DNA of 64,000 bases, filler included, from a bacterium (GTDB taxonomy: Bacteria > JAMORN01), in assembly GCA_027063545.1 (NCBI GenBank). It is 15 parts of 15 records of this genome, joined end to end, with 100 filler letters (N's around TTAATTAATTAA, not from the genome) between each part and the next. Parts side by side here need not be neighbours in the genome. Positions count along the whole stretch, not along the records: positions 1 to 3,325 come from JAMORN010000277.1; positions 3,426 to 6,744 come from JAMORN010000278.1; positions 6,845 to 10,136 come from JAMORN010000279.1; positions 10,237 to 13,516 come from JAMORN010000280.1; 11 more parts are not named here. One strand, 5' to 3'. Position numbers and translations under genes: made by a program. Each line of letters begins with the position of its first letter. Position 1 is the first letter of the stretch. This document shows, one piece after another, positions 1 through 11,161 of this stretch. The notes beneath the pieces were generated by a model. That model did no database searches and was not told where the DNA came from. It saw only the letters and a list, made by a program, of their open reading frames with translations.

Positions 1-77
1 TGTGTTTTCTTTAAAACTATATAATTTTGAGGAATTAAAGGCCTTATATCTTTTATATTTACTTTTACAATCTCCAT
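1..77 (-). CDS. 5' end of a gene cut by the window edge; possibly bifunctional nuclease (DUF151) family
   Basis: ATG at 77, 2 nt after the surE stop; reads MEIVKVNIKDIRPLIPQNYIVLKKT, resembling the DUF151 N-terminal beta pattern; only 25 codons visible. Confidence 0.35.
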   Translation of the reverse strand, partial: MEIVKVNIKDIRPLIPQNYIVLKKT

Positions 78-79
78 AA

Positions 80-817
80 CTATTTAAATAATGGATGATT
101 ATAATCTGTTATATCAAATTTTAACGGGGTAAATATAGCATAACCATCCTCTAATAACTTAACTTCTGAATCTTCTTCATGCAAATAGTTATCATCTTTA
201 ATATATAAATAGTCTCTACCTGTTTTTAAATGTATTTTTTCATAAACCTCTATAAATCTAGAAAAACTCTGTTTCATAATTTTAAATCCTTTATAACCAA
301 ACTCATCTATATCTGGAATATTAACAGAATATGTTCCAGGATATTCTATGTATATATCATTTATAAATTCTAATGCAATGTCTATAATCCTCTCTAAATT
401 AGAGAATTTGTTGTAATTTTTTGTATGATATGAAAAGGCTATTCCATTTACATTGTGTATATAACTTTCAAATATAGCTCCAACAGTACCAGAGTAAAAT
501 AAACTGGTTGCAGCATTATGACCTAAATTAATTCCAGAAATAACTAAATCAGGGAATTCTCCTTTAAATATATAATGAAAGGCTACTTTCACACAATCAA
601 CAGGCGTAGAATCTAAGCAATAGATATTACTATCTATTTGTTTAAACTCTATAGGCTCAAATAAAGAAATAGAATATGATACACCACTTTTTTGATTTTT
701 AGGAGCAACTATAAAAACTTCTGAATCTGAAAATTTTTTTTTAAATTTATCAAAAAATGCCCTCAAAGAGGGCGAATCTATACCATCGTCATTTGTAAAC
801 AATACCTTTTTAAACAT
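80..817 (-). CDS. surE: 5'/3'-nucleotidase SurE
   Basis: [13 protein letters not shown] and YSGTVGA motifs. Confidence 0.95.
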   Translation of the reverse strand: MFKKVLFTNDDGIDSPSLRAFFDKFKKKFSDSEVFIVAPKNQKSGVSYSISLFEPIEFKQIDSNIYCLDSTPVDCVKVAFHYIFKGEFPDLVISGINLGHNAATSLFYSGTVGAIFESYIHNVNGIAFSYHTKNYNKFSNLERIIDIALEFINDIYIEYPGTYSVNIPDIDEFGYKGFKIMKQSFSRFIEVYEKIHLKTGRDYLYIKDDNYLHEEDSEVKLLEDGYAIFTPLKFDITDYNHPLFK

Positions 818-2162
818 CAGGTAAATCCTTTATAAACTCTTTAATATGCTCTTCTGTTAATTCAAAGTCTTCTAATTTACCTTCCAAAAATGCTTCATAA
901 CTTGCCATATCAAAATGTCCATGACCACTAAATAAAAATACTATAACCTTTTCCTTTCCTTCTTCTTTTGCTTTTAAAGCTTCCTGTATAGCTCCATGAA
1001 CTGCATGAGCTGTTTCTGGAGCTGGTACAATTCCTTCAGTTTGGGCAAAAAGTTGAGCGCTTTTAAATACTTCATTTTGTTTATAACTAACAGCTTCTAT
1101 GATTTTATCTTCAACCAATCTAGAAATTAAAGGAGCCATACCATGATATCTTAATCCTCCAGCATGAATTGGAGGAGGCATAAATTTATGGCCTAAAGTA
1201 TGCATCATCATTAAAGGAGTTAATCCTGCTACATCTCCAAAATCATATTTATATAATCCCTTTGTTAATGTTGGACAAGCTGCTGGCTCAACAGCAATAA
1301 ATCTCATATCTTTTTTCTCACCATTTAATTTATAAGGGATAAAAGGAAAAGCTAAGCCAGCATAATTACTACCACCTCCAACACATCCTAATACCACATC
1401 TGGAAGTTTTTCTCCAACAAGTTTTAATTGCTCTATTGTTTCCAACCCAGTAACTGTTTGATGTAATAATACATGGTTTAAAACACTTCCAAGAGCATAT
1501 TTTGTATTCTCATTTTTCACAGCATCTTCTACAGCCTCTGAAATAGCTATACCCAATGAACCATTATTGTCTGGATCCTCTGCTAATATTTTTCTACCAG
1601 CTTCTGTTCTATCTGTTGGAGAAGGAAATACTTGAGCTCCCCAAAGATTCATTAATACTCTTCTATAAGGTTTTTGATAATAACTTACCTTTACCATATA
1701 AACAGTCAATTCTAAACCAAATTTATTAGCCGCAAAGCTTAAAGCACTTCCCCATTGTCCAGCACCTGTTTCAGTGGTTAATCTTTCAATACCTTCTTTT
1801 TTATTGTAATAAGCTTGAGGCACTGAAGTATTAACTTTATGGCTACCAGCAGGTGATACACTTTCATTTTTATAATATATTCTTGCGGGTGTTCCTAAAG
1901 CCTTTTCTAAATTAATAGCTCTTACTAGAGGAGATGGTCTCCATATCCTATATACATCTAATACCTCATCAGGTATCTCTATCCATCTTTCTTTTGACAT
2001 CTCTTGTTCTATTAAACTTTTAGGAAATATAGGTTCTAAATCTTGTGGCTCAACAGGCCTTTTTAAAGCAGGATGCATAGGAGGATGTACAGGATTTGGC
2101 ATATCTGCTTGAATATTATACCATCTTTTTGGAATCTTGTCTTCGTCTAAAAATATCTTCAT
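810..2162 (-). CDS. trpB2: TrpB2-type (stand-alone) tryptophan synthase beta / PLP enzyme
   Basis: IPKRWYNI N-terminus, GSHKVNT PLP lysine, [31 protein letters not shown]. Confidence 0.93.
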   Translation of the reverse strand: MKIFLDEDKIPKRWYNIQADMPNPVHPPMHPALKRPVEPQDLEPIFPKSLIEQEMSKERWIEIPDEVLDVYRIWRPSPLVRAINLEKALGTPARIYYKNESVSPAGSHKVNTSVPQAYYNKKEGIERLTTETGAGQWGSALSFAANKFGLELTVYMVKVSYYQKPYRRVLMNLWGAQVFPSPTDRTEAGRKILAEDPDNNGSLGIAISEAVEDAVKNENTKYALGSVLNHVLLHQTVTGLETIEQLKLVGEKLPDVVLGCVGGGSNYAGLAFPFIPYKLNGEKKDMRFIAVEPAACPTLTKGLYKYDFGDVAGLTPLMMMHTLGHKFMPPPIHAGGLRYHGMAPLISRLVEDKIIEAVSYKQNEVFKSAQLFAQTEGIVPAPETAHAVHGAIQEALKAKEEGKEKVIVFLFSGHGHFDMASYEAFLEGKLEDFELTEEHIKEFIKDLPDV

Positions 2163-2164
2163 CT

Positions 2165-2806
2165 TTATTCTCCTTTTTGTTTATCTTCCAGTTTTTTTAC
2201 AAATTCTTCCCAATCTTTTAAACTATCTATTGAAATAGATTCATCTAAAAAGGTATAACTTAATTCCAAATTCTTACATAAGTCTATAGTATCATTTAAT
2301 CTAAAACTATCTAGTTTTGCTATTTCTTCTAAAAATAACGCCCTATTAGAATCATCTTTTATTCCAAATAAATATATATCACCATTTTCAGAAGGTCCAA
2401 TAACAGCCTGGTAATGATTTAATAGCTTTATTGTTTGATCCACAATATTAAACGATAAAGAAGGAGAATCTATATGTGCATATACTACCTTTTTAAAACC
2501 TATATTAAACATATATTCAAAGGCTCTAGATAACCTCTCCCCTATAGTGCCGCCTTTAGGCATAGGCTCAAAATTAAATTCCTGTTCTCCAAAAAGTGCT
2601 TTTATCTTTTCTATATCCTCATATGGATAATAAAATAAAATTATATTAGAATGTTCATGTAACTTTGATAAATGATGAAAAGTGTATCTTATAAGCTCAT
2701 GATATATAGCTGCAGCTATATTTTCACCTGCTTCCCTCGCAATTTCTTGCTTTACCAATCCAGGTCTGGGATAATATACAAAGAAAAATATCCCCGATTT
2801 TTTCAT
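2165..2806 (-). CDS. DUF2064 / TIGR04282-like (CofC-related GT-A fold) protein, divergent
   Basis: PxPGx[14 protein letters not shown] and [13 protein letters not shown] correspond to the family motifs PGxVKTRL, LGERM, DxP and GPAxDGGYYLIG. Confidence 0.75.
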   Translation of the reverse strand: MKKSGIFFFVYYPRPGLVKQEIAREAGENIAAAIYHELIRYTFHHLSKLHEHSNIILFYYPYEDIEKIKALFGEQEFNFEPMPKGGTIGERLSRAFEYMFNIGFKKVVYAHIDSPSLSFNIVDQTIKLLNHYQAVIGPSENGDIYLFGIKDDSNRALFLEEIAKLDSFRLNDTIDLCKNLELSYTFLDESISIDSLKDWEEFVKKLEDKQKGE

Positions 2807-2822
2807 TATATTCTCCCTTATC

Positions 2823-3325
2823 CTATTTTTTTGTATTTTTTATAAATTCATATAATATTCTAACACCCATACCTGTTGCATATCTTTTATCATATATGTG
2901 AAAGTCTACTTTTTGAATCCAAGCAGTTCCTGCTATATCTAAATGAGCCCATTTTACTCCATCTTTAACAAATTGTTTTAAAAATGCAGCTCCTGTAATT
3001 GTCCCTGCTCCTCTTACTGATGAAATATTTTGTAAATCAGAAATCTTTCCTTTCATAAATTCTTCATACTCCTTATCCAAAGGAAGTTGCCAAAGCTTTT
3101 CGTCAATTTTATCCCCTATATTTATTAAGGTATCTATTAATTTTTGATCATTACCTAAAATTGCAGTGTAAAAATGACCTAAAGCTATAATAGCAGCTCC
3201 TGTTAATGTTGCTGCATCAACTAAATACTTAACCTCAAATTTATCTTGAACATAATCCATAACATCAGCCAGTACTAATCTACCTTCTGCATCTGTATTG
3301 CCAATTTCTACAGATTTTCCACTTC
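2823..3325 (-). CDS. pepA: Leucyl aminopeptidase (M17), C-terminal part, 5'-truncated
   Basis: Frame is open to the contig end and contains NTDAEGRL upstream of the ORF-track start; also ATLTGA and WAHLDIAGT. Confidence 0.93.
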
Positions 3326-3425
3326 NNNNNNNNNNNNNNNNNNNNNNNNNNNNNNNNNNNNNNNNNNNNTTAATTAATTAANNNNNNNNNNNNNNNNNNN
3401 NNNNNNNNNNNNNNNNNNNNNNNNN
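3326..3425. other. Artificial contig-joining spacer (first of 14)
   Basis: N-run + TTAATTAATTAA (stops in all six frames) + N-run. Others at 6745-6844, 10137-10236, 13517-13616, 31760-31859, 35125-35224, 38469-38568, 41798-41897, 45113-45212, 48427-48526, 51709-51808, 54983-55082, 58239-58338, 61495-61594. Confidence 0.99.
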
Positions 3426-3909
3426 TAAAATCATTGCCTAAAACTATAATAGCGTCTGATAAGTGATAAGAATAATATGAATGTTCTGCAAATCGCTTTG
3501 GAGATATTAAAATTTTTTTTCTTTTGTATAATTGCTTTATTCTTCTTAACTCTGCATTATTTTGATAACAAAAGTGCGAGCCCGTCGCATAATATATATA
3601 TATTGTTTTAGAATTTTTATTTTTTACTGCATCCTCAAATAAAGGTCCCATCCCAAATATAACCGAATACTCAGAAAAATTAGGTTTTATAGGATAAAGA
3701 TAATGATATATGTCAACTACATAACCAAGTTCATCGAAAACTTCTGCTATTTTCAAAACTTCTTGCTCATTAGTGTGAAAAAAAGAAATTCCTTTACGAA
3801 AAGGATGAACAATATATGATATTAAAACTTTTTTCTTATATTTTCTCCTAAAAAGATTCTTTATTGGACGATGAAAAATTATAGTTTTTAAAGTCTTTAG
3901 TATCTTCAT
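3426..3909 (-). CDS. Glycosyltransferase (GT-B/GT4-like) N-terminal part, 3'-truncated
   Basis: Directly downstream of wzx; HTN..E..I..VF..LGY.VD and SDAIIVLGN pattern of polysaccharide GT N-domains. Confidence 0.65.
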
Positions 3910-5294
3910 TAAATTTTATACCTTAAAAACATTTTGGTTTTAAGTAACTTTACAACATATTCTATTATATCAAAAAAAAATATAACCCTTATTTTTAATT
4001 TAAATGTTTCATGCAAATCTTTGTCTATCAAATCATATATAATAGAGGACACAATCGTGGATACTAAAGTAGCTATAGCCGCTCCCCTAACACCGTAAGA
4101 TTTTATAAGGTAATAATTTAATATTAAATTTGTTAATAGAGCAAGTAAAGTACTATACATATTCTTTTTTTCCAAATGTTTTATGATTAACCATTTACTA
4201 TGTATCATACCAAAGGAAACAAATATAATATTAAATGACAAAATTTTTAAAATTTCACTTGCATTTATAAATTTATTTCCATAAATTATTTTAACAATTA
4301 TAGTTGCCCCAAAATTTAAAATTAAAACGCAGATTATGGAAAAAACATAAAAAAGATTATAAGTTATTTTGAAATATTTTTTGTATAAAAGATTTGATCG
4401 AGTTTTAAGCTTTATAAAAAAAGGAAACATAGAGTTTAATATAACAGTTGGTATAATATAAATCAATTCAACTATTTTAACAGCAGCTGAATATTCTCCT
4501 ATTATTTTCATATTATTTAATAAATTTTTTAACATAATCTGATCTAATCTGAAATATAAGCTTACCGCAAAAACTGATATCATTAAGGGGTATGAGTTTT
4601 TAAGAAAAAATTTTGCTAGGTTAAGATTTACTTCCCATTTATATATTTTATTTTCAGAATATTTGTTATATATAGTAATAGAAAAAAGTGCTAACAATAT
4701 ACCTTCCAAAGCGTACGAAAAAGCTATGAACTTCAAAGAAAATTTTTTTATAACAAAAATAAATCTAACTATATTGGAAAAAATCAAAGAAATGATATTA
4801 CCTATAAAGGATAATTTAGATATAACTTTGGCTTGAAAATAGAAATCTATTATATCGAAACTTCTAAAAAATAAACCTACTAATAATATAACTACAATAA
4901 TATATATATATCTATTAAGTGGATTTTTTTCAAAATAGTACAATAATGCAAATATTATTATTAATATAGTTGAAGTTACAAGTTTTAAGAGCAAAGCTGT
5001 TCCCAAAATTATTCTTTCTTTTTTTAAATTTTTATTTTTTACTAGTTCTCTAACTAAAATATTATCTATACCTAAATTTGCTATTGGAGTAACTAACATT
5101 ACTATGCTTTGAGCATAAGAAAGAATTCCAAAATTTTTAGGCCCTAAATATCGAGCTACCAAAACTCCAACAAAAAAACTTACTCCTAATCTTATAAATT
5201 TTTCACTAAATAACCAAAGAGTATTTTTAAAATATTTTTGAAATTCAGGATTATTCCACTTATTTTTTATGGAAATAAATAAAGAATTACTCAT
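3909..5294 (-). CDS. wzx: Polysaccharide flippase (Wzx, MOP superfamily)
   Basis: KYFKNTLWLFSEK, ARYLGP..FG, DQIML, YGVRGAAIATL; about 12 TM segments; likely ATG at 5294 overlapping the sat stop. Confidence 0.92.
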   Translation of the reverse strand: MSNSLFISIKNKWNNPEFQKYFKNTLWLFSEKFIRLGVSFFVGVLVARYLGPKNFGILSYAQSIVMLVTPIANLGIDNILVRELVKNKNLKKERIILGTALLLKLVTSTILIIIFALLYYFEKNPLNRYIYIIVVILLVGLFFRSFDIIDFYFQAKVISKLSFIGNIISLIFSNIVRFIFVIKKFSLKFIAFSYALEGILLALFSITIYNKYSENKIYKWEVNLNLAKFFLKNSYPLMISVFAVSLYFRLDQIMLKNLLNNMKIIGEYSAAVKIVELIYIIPTVILNSMFPFFIKLKTRSNLLYKKYFKITYNLFYVFSIICVLILNFGATIIVKIIYGNKFINASEILKILSFNIIFVSFGMIHSKWLIIKHLEKKNMYSTLLALLTNLILNYYLIKSYGVRGAAIATLVSTIVSSIIYDLIDKDLHETFKLKIRVIFFFDIIEYVVKLLKTKMFLRYKI

Positions 5295-6551
5295 TCTTTT
5301 TCTTAGCCCACTCAATTAAAATATTAGCTACTTCTTCTCTAGTAAATTCTTTGGGAGGTTTAATGCCTTGCTTAAGAATAGCTTTTACTTTAGTACCGCT
5401 TAAAATAACTCTATATCTTTCAAAGTGAGGACATGTTTTGGTAGTGGCCATACCTTCACATTTTTTACAATAAAAGGCATGTTCAAAGAATAGAGGTTCT
5501 ATCTTCAATTTATCAATATATTTTTTTACAAATTCTTGAGCTTCATAAGTACCATAAAAAGAACCTACTCCAGCATGATCTCTTCCAATTATCATATGAG
5601 TTACACCATAGTTTTTTCTCATAATTATATGATGAAAAGCTTCTCGAGATCTTGCATAATGCATAGTAACAGGAAGCACAGATAAAAATATTTTTTCTTT
5701 ATTATAGCACTTTTCTATTAAAACTTCATAACATTTCATGTGAATACTTGCAGGAATATCGTCTTTCTTAGTATATTCAACAAGTGGATGTATAAAAAGA
5801 CCATCTACAATTTCAAGAGCGCACTTTGTAATATATTCATAAGTTCTATGAATAGGATTTCTAGTTTGAAAAGCTATAACGCTTTTCCATCCTCTTTTTT
5901 CGAACTCACGTCTGGTGTCTTTCGGATCTAAGTAGTAAGAGCTATTTATTCCCTCTTCCCTTTTTGGGCGGTTTAAAAGGTATACCTTACCACTTAAATA
6001 ATATAAGCTTTCACTCATAAATTCTTTTACTCCAGGATAATCCAAAGAAGTTGTTTTGTAAACAGCCTCTGCTATCTTTTCTTTTTCTTCTTCACTTAAA
6101 GTAAATTTTTCTTCTACTTCTAAAAGAGCTAAGGGAATATTTTCATGTTTTAAAATTATTTTGTCTTTATCTTGTGTTTTTTTAAAATATCCTTACTTAT
6201 TGGCAACATAATAGGAATAGACCAAAGAGTACCATTTAAATTAAGCTTAAAAGCAACATTCATTACTTTATCTTTATTCATAAAGTGGTCTAGTGGCAAA
6301 AAAGCTCCATTACATATTAGCTCTATGTCACAAACTTTTCTTTTACTTACTTCTAAGCTAAGAAAGCTTTCTACATTATTATGGATATAGTATGAAAAAA
6401 TTTTCAAAAAAGTTTTTAAAATTCCTACTATAGCTGCTGAATCTAATTTGCCAAAAAAAAGATATACTAAAATAGTTGTCGTTAAACTTGTTATTATTCT
6501 CCAGCTTATTGCTTTTAGCAGTGTTCTTGTATGACTCTCTTTTTGGTACAT
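5287..6551 (-). pseudogene. sat: DUF2061 fragment fused to sulfate adenylyltransferase; frameshifted with degenerate active-site motifs
   Basis: 6551-6156 encodes DUF2061 (ESHTRTLLKAISWRI...YYIH) then the Sat N-terminus (CDIELICNGAFLPLDHFM...GTLWSIPI). The frame switches at an A7 run (6177-6183) into the Sat C-part (FQTRNP, RKNYGVTHMIIGRDHAG, LSGTKV). HxxH reads HRTY and YAGPRE reads YARSRE. Confidence 0.8.
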
Positions 6552-6844
6552 TATTTACCTTTTTTATAATTTACGATACAGTTTTTAGTTTGCGAAAATT
6601 TTAAAAAATACTTAATTAAAATACTTAAATAAAGTTTTTGAAAACTAAAACTATCATTTGCTTTTATATTATTTGTTTTGTACTAAAAATTATAACTAAA
6701 AACGAGTATGTATTTCTTCGGAAACCTATTAACATAAAATACCTNNNNNNNNNNNNNNNNNNNNNNNNNNNNNNNNNNNNNNNNNNNNTTAATTAATTAA
6801 NNNNNNNNNNNNNNNNNNNNNNNNNNNNNNNNNNNNNNNNNNNN

Positions 6845-8425
6845 AAAAAATTCTAAAATCCTATCATAAAACTTTGTCTTATCTTCCTCGTATACTTCTA
6901 GCATTCTATCATATATATCCTTCCATATAGGATGTAAAAGTAAATTTATTTTGTCATCTAATACTATTTTCTCTATAAATTCTGGATTATTTAATAAGAA
7001 TAAAATCATATGAATATTAAAGACTTGGGGGATGTTTACTTCTTCTTCATGGATAAAGGTTTCTTTTTTATTACTTTTATTAATAAATCTATCTTTATTT
7101 TTTTTATTATAAGTATAAAAACTTATCGGAGAGGTTTCTTTTACTGAAGATTTCTGAAAAAGTTCTATAGAGATTCCTGATAAATCTACTAATGTTTGCA
7201 AATAAACACCTCTTTTGTAATCATCTTCAATACTATTTAAAAAAGTGATCATCCTTTTTATAAACTCTGCTTTTTTAGATGGGGATTTATTTATATCTTC
7301 AGCATAAGCTTCATATTCGTACTCTACAAAATTTTTTTTATTCTTCTCTATATACTCTAAAAAATCATCTGAACCTACTTTTCTTATAAAACTATCAGGA
7401 TCTTCATCAGGGGGAAGTAAAACTGCAAAAACCTCTATATCGTTATTTATCAATGTAGCAATACTTTTTACTGAAGCTTTTATCCCTGCATTATCAGCAT
7501 CTAAAATTAATGTTGCTTTATCTGAAAGTCGTTTTAGTTTTAAAGCCTGAATATCTGAAAAGGCAGTTCCTGAAAGAGCAACCACATTTTCTATTCCTCT
7601 ATAATAAAGAGAAATAAAATCTAAATTCCCCTCAACAACAAAAACCTCAGATAACTTTCTTATAGCATCCCTTGATTTATTAAATCCAAATAATACCTTT
7701 GATTTTTGATATAAAGGTGTTTCAGGAGAATTTATATACTTAGGCTCATCTTTATTATCATCCAAAATCCTTCCTGTAAATCCTATAGGCATCCCACTAT
7801 CATTATAAAATGGCAAAAGTAATCTATCTCTGAATCTATCATAAAAACCAGGAGACGATTCCCTTTTAATAATAAGCCCTACCTTTAGTATATCCTCCTC
7901 TTTATATCCTTTTGTAGTCTTTAAAAACTTAAGAAGATTATCCCAGCCTGCAGGCGCATATCCACCACCATAATCTTCTATCCATTCTACTTTTAAATCT
8001 CTCGATTTTAAATAATCAATAACCTTTTTTGTTTTTAGTTTAGATTTATAATAAAGTTGAGCTGTTTTTACTATATCATAATATAGGTCCCTATCAATAC
8101 GATTCTTAGATAAAGAAAGACCTGATATATCAACACCTGCTTCTTGAGCAAGCCTTCTAAAAGCTTCCCAAAATGAAATACCCTCATAATCCATTAAAAA
8201 CTTAAAAATATCCCCAGCCTTTCCACAACCAAAACAATGATAAAGACCTTTATCCTCACTAACAGTAAACGAAGGAGTCTTTGAATCTGGATGAAATGGA
8301 CATAATCCTTGATAGTTCTTTCCAACTCTTTTTAGCTTTACATATCTTTCTATAAAATCAACAATATTAATTCTAGCCTTAATTTCTTCTTTTAAAAACT
8401 CTATATCTTTTCCTAAGAATTTCAT
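6845..8425 (-). CDS. dnaG: DNA primase, 3'-truncated
   Basis: CPFH..TPSF..CFGC zinc finger, DRFRDR, KYINSPET, VEG..D, TOPRIM DADNAG, DPD. Confidence 0.97.
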
Positions 8426-8446
8426 GTTTCTTTCAATATGAAAAGA

Positions 8447-8617
8447 TTAAAAATTAGTATTACTAAGAATAATATACGCTTTATATATAAGAAAAACGAA
8501 AAGTCCAAATAAAATACCCATTAAAATTTTTATAAATAAATTAATATATTTCCATTTTTTGTTTCTGTTCTTTAATTTCTTTTTTGTTTCCAGATTAAAA
8601 CTCTTCAAAGTTTCCAT
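8447..8617 (-). CDS. Small (56 aa) single-TM membrane protein, not in the ORF track
   Basis: METLKSFNLETKKKLKNRNKKWKYINLFIKILMGILFGLFVFLIYKAYIILSNTNF*; AGGAG RBS at 8628-8632; fills the gap between the cyclase and dnaG. Confidence 0.6.
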   Translation of the reverse strand: METLKSFNLETKKKLKNRNKKWKYINLFIKILMGILFGLFVFLIYKAYIILSNTNF

Positions 8618-8636
8618 TTTTATTTATCTCCTTTTA

Positions 8637-10136
8637 CTACCATCCTCTATACATTTTTTTAGGTTTAATTTTATAAAAATACTCCTCTTGAGAAGTTAGA
8701 AAATTCTCCATTGTATAAAAAGGTAAAACTGTAAAATAAGGACCTTCTATATGATAATAACTTTTAAAATAATTTAAATCTACATTCTTGATAAGAGTAG
8801 CCTGAGCAACAACCTCATTCTTTCCCGCCTCTTTATTTATTTTATGTACAATATTTACATCCTTACTTACTATGGTATAAGCTCTTCTCTTTTCTGAACC
8901 TACATTTCCCATAATAAATTCTCCATAACCTGCACTTACATGAAATCCAACACCTAACATTTTTGAATACTCATTAGCTATTTTTAAAGCAACTCTTAAT
9001 GTTTCTTCAGGATCATCATGAGTAATAAATATTTCATCCCCCATAAAATTTTGAATATCTCCTCCTTTAGCAATTACAAAATCTATAATAGGTTGAAAAA
9101 TATAGTTTAAAAACTTAATTACCTCATTAGGACTTTTATACATTGTTAAAGAAGTAAATCCCATAATATCAACAAAAATAAACCCTGATAATTTCTTTAC
9201 TTCTGGTATCTCTAAAAAGTCTGTTCTAAAATCATCTATTTCTGTATTTTTGGAAAGATCCATAATAATTTTTGGTAAATAAAGTTGTAATGTTTTGGTT
9301 AAAATCTTTGCTTTTTTATTTTCCTCTTTAAGCCGTTTTGTTATATTATTTAATAAATAGTTTAATCTATTTTTATATGAAATAGCCTTTGAAATAGAAT
9401 TATATGCCGTAAAATATAACTTCAAAACACTAACATCTATTGTTTTAAAATCTGCATACTTCATATATTCTATATTGTCTTCTTCCAATGTCTTAAATAT
9501 AAGAAAGATAGAATTTTTCATTCCTTTTAATTTTAGCAGTATAAAGTAGATAACTATTGAAAAATTTATAATATTAATTATTACAACTGTCCTAAAATAA
9601 TCCCAACAATTAAAAAAATCACATTTTAATCTTCCACTTAGATATAGAAAAACAAAAAGAAAAGTTGTTATAAAAATTAATCCTAAAAAACTACCCAAAA
9701 GAATTCTCTGATTTCTAAAGGTATATTCTCCTTTAATATTTGTTCTTACATATTTAGAGCTTAATATAAAAGGTAATATTTCATGGTATTTTATTGCCAA
9801 TAAATAATCAGTTATTAAATATGAAGAAGTTATATTAAAAAAAATGAGAGGCACGCCTATTATAACAATTAAAAAATAGACATAATTTATATTTAAACCT
9901 AAAATATAATACTCTAATATAACAAAAAATGTAAAAAACAGTATATTAAATGCTACCTTTATTAAAAAGAAGTATTTATAAATTTTATTAATAAGGAATA
10001 TATAGTAATTAAAATAATGTCCTGATATATATAGAGATCGTCTGGTATTTAAAATCTTGTCTATAAAATAAAATTTTCTTATAACCTTATTCTTATTTTT
10101 AGAAAATAAATATAGAAAAATAAAAACTATTTCACA
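8637..10136 (-). CDS. Multi-TM class III nucleotidyl cyclase-like protein, 5'-truncated
   Basis: FVDIMGFT, FMGDE, GNVGSEKR, DVN motifs; several TM helices; frame open from the contig end at 10136. Confidence 0.8.
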   Translation of the reverse strand, partial: CEIVFIFLYLFSKNKNKVIRKFYFIDKILNTRRSLYISGHYFNYYIFLINKIYKYFFLIKVAFNILFFTFFVILEYYILGLNINYVYFLIVIIGVPLIFFNITSSYLITDYLLAIKYHEILPFILSSKYVRTNIKGEYTFRNQRILLGSFLGLIFITTFLFVFLYLSGRLKCDFFNCWDYFRTVVIINIINFSIVIYFILLKLKGMKNSIFLIFKTLEEDNIEYMKYADFKTIDVSVLKLYFTAYNSISKAISYKNRLNYLLNNITKRLKEENKKAKILTKTLQLYLPKIIMDLSKNTEIDDFRTDFLEIPEVKKLSGFIFVDIMGFTSLTMYKSPNEVIKFLNYIFQPIIDFVIAKGGDIQNFMGDEIFITHDDPEETLRVALKIANEYSKMLGVGFHVSAGYGEFIMGNVGSEKRRAYTIVSKDVNIVHKINKEAGKNEVVAQATLIKNVDLNYFKSYYHIEGPYFTVLPFYTMENFLTSQEEYFYKIKPKKMYRGW

Positions 10137-10236
10137 NNNNNNNNNNNNNNNNNNNNNNNNNNNNNNNNNNNNNNNNNNNNTTAATTAATTAANNNNNNNN
10201 NNNNNNNNNNNNNNNNNNNNNNNNNNNNNNNNNNNN

Positions 10237-11136
10237 AACTATATAGATGAAATTCTTTCTTGATATAGGATCTAATATAACACTTGCCATATCTATAGCA
10301 TATACTTTCTCTTTTTTATACGGAATCTCTACATTTACACTCATACCTGGCAGTAAATTTTTTGGGAATATTTTTAGTAAAATTTCTACTTCTCCAGTTC
10401 TATCAATAGAACTTAAATATTTAGGTTTTGAATAAATGTATCCTTTTATCTTTTTTCCATTAAAAATTATATAAGCACTTAAGCCCTTCTTAATCTTTAG
10501 AATATCATTTTGAGATACTTTTATTTTTACCTTTAAATAACTCAAATCTAATATCCTAAACATGTAGTCTTTTGCATCTACACCATTATATGAAAATTTC
10601 ATACTTGATGGGAAAACAGATACAACTTCATTTGGTTTATAATTTACTTCAACTATTTGACCTGAGATAGGTGATCTTATTTCAGATAATTTTAACGCCA
10701 TCTCATATTGTGCTTTTGTTGCCTTATACTCTGCTTCTATTCTATCATAATCTTTTGCAGAAATACTTCCTTTTTGATATAAAACTTTCATTCTATTATA
10801 ATTTTTTTCTAAAGCATCTAACTTCGCCTTTGTTTGTATAACTAACTCACTCATAACTTTTGCTAACAATCTTCCTTTTGAAACATACTCACCCTCTTTA
10901 ACATAAACATCATCTACAACTCCCGCTATTGCTGGCTTAACTAAAGCTTCATCATAAGGATAAACTGTTCCTGTATAGGATAATACGGGCTTATATGTTA
11001 TTTGTTTAATATGGGTTATAGTAACATAAGGGATCTCTTTTTTTATGTTTTGAGAGCTTTCTTTTTTACAATTATTAAGTAAGAGAGAGATTGAAATTAT
11101 TAAAACAAAAAGTACATACTTATAATATCTTTGCAT
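10237..11136 (-). CDS. RND efflux periplasmic adaptor (MFP) lipoprotein, 3'-truncated
   Basis: Lipobox LNNC, lipoyl halves VKEGEYVSKG and IRSPISG, LLPGMSV. Confidence 0.9.
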
Positions 11137-11161
11137 TTTAACCTCCTAATTTATATATATT

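Noticed and set aside
8637-10136. Cyclase as a Pycsar/CBASS anti-phage system
   Set aside because: No cNMP-binding TIR/TM effector is adjacent and the protein is a multi-TM sensor-type cyclase next to dnaG; kept only as an altered-specificity observation.
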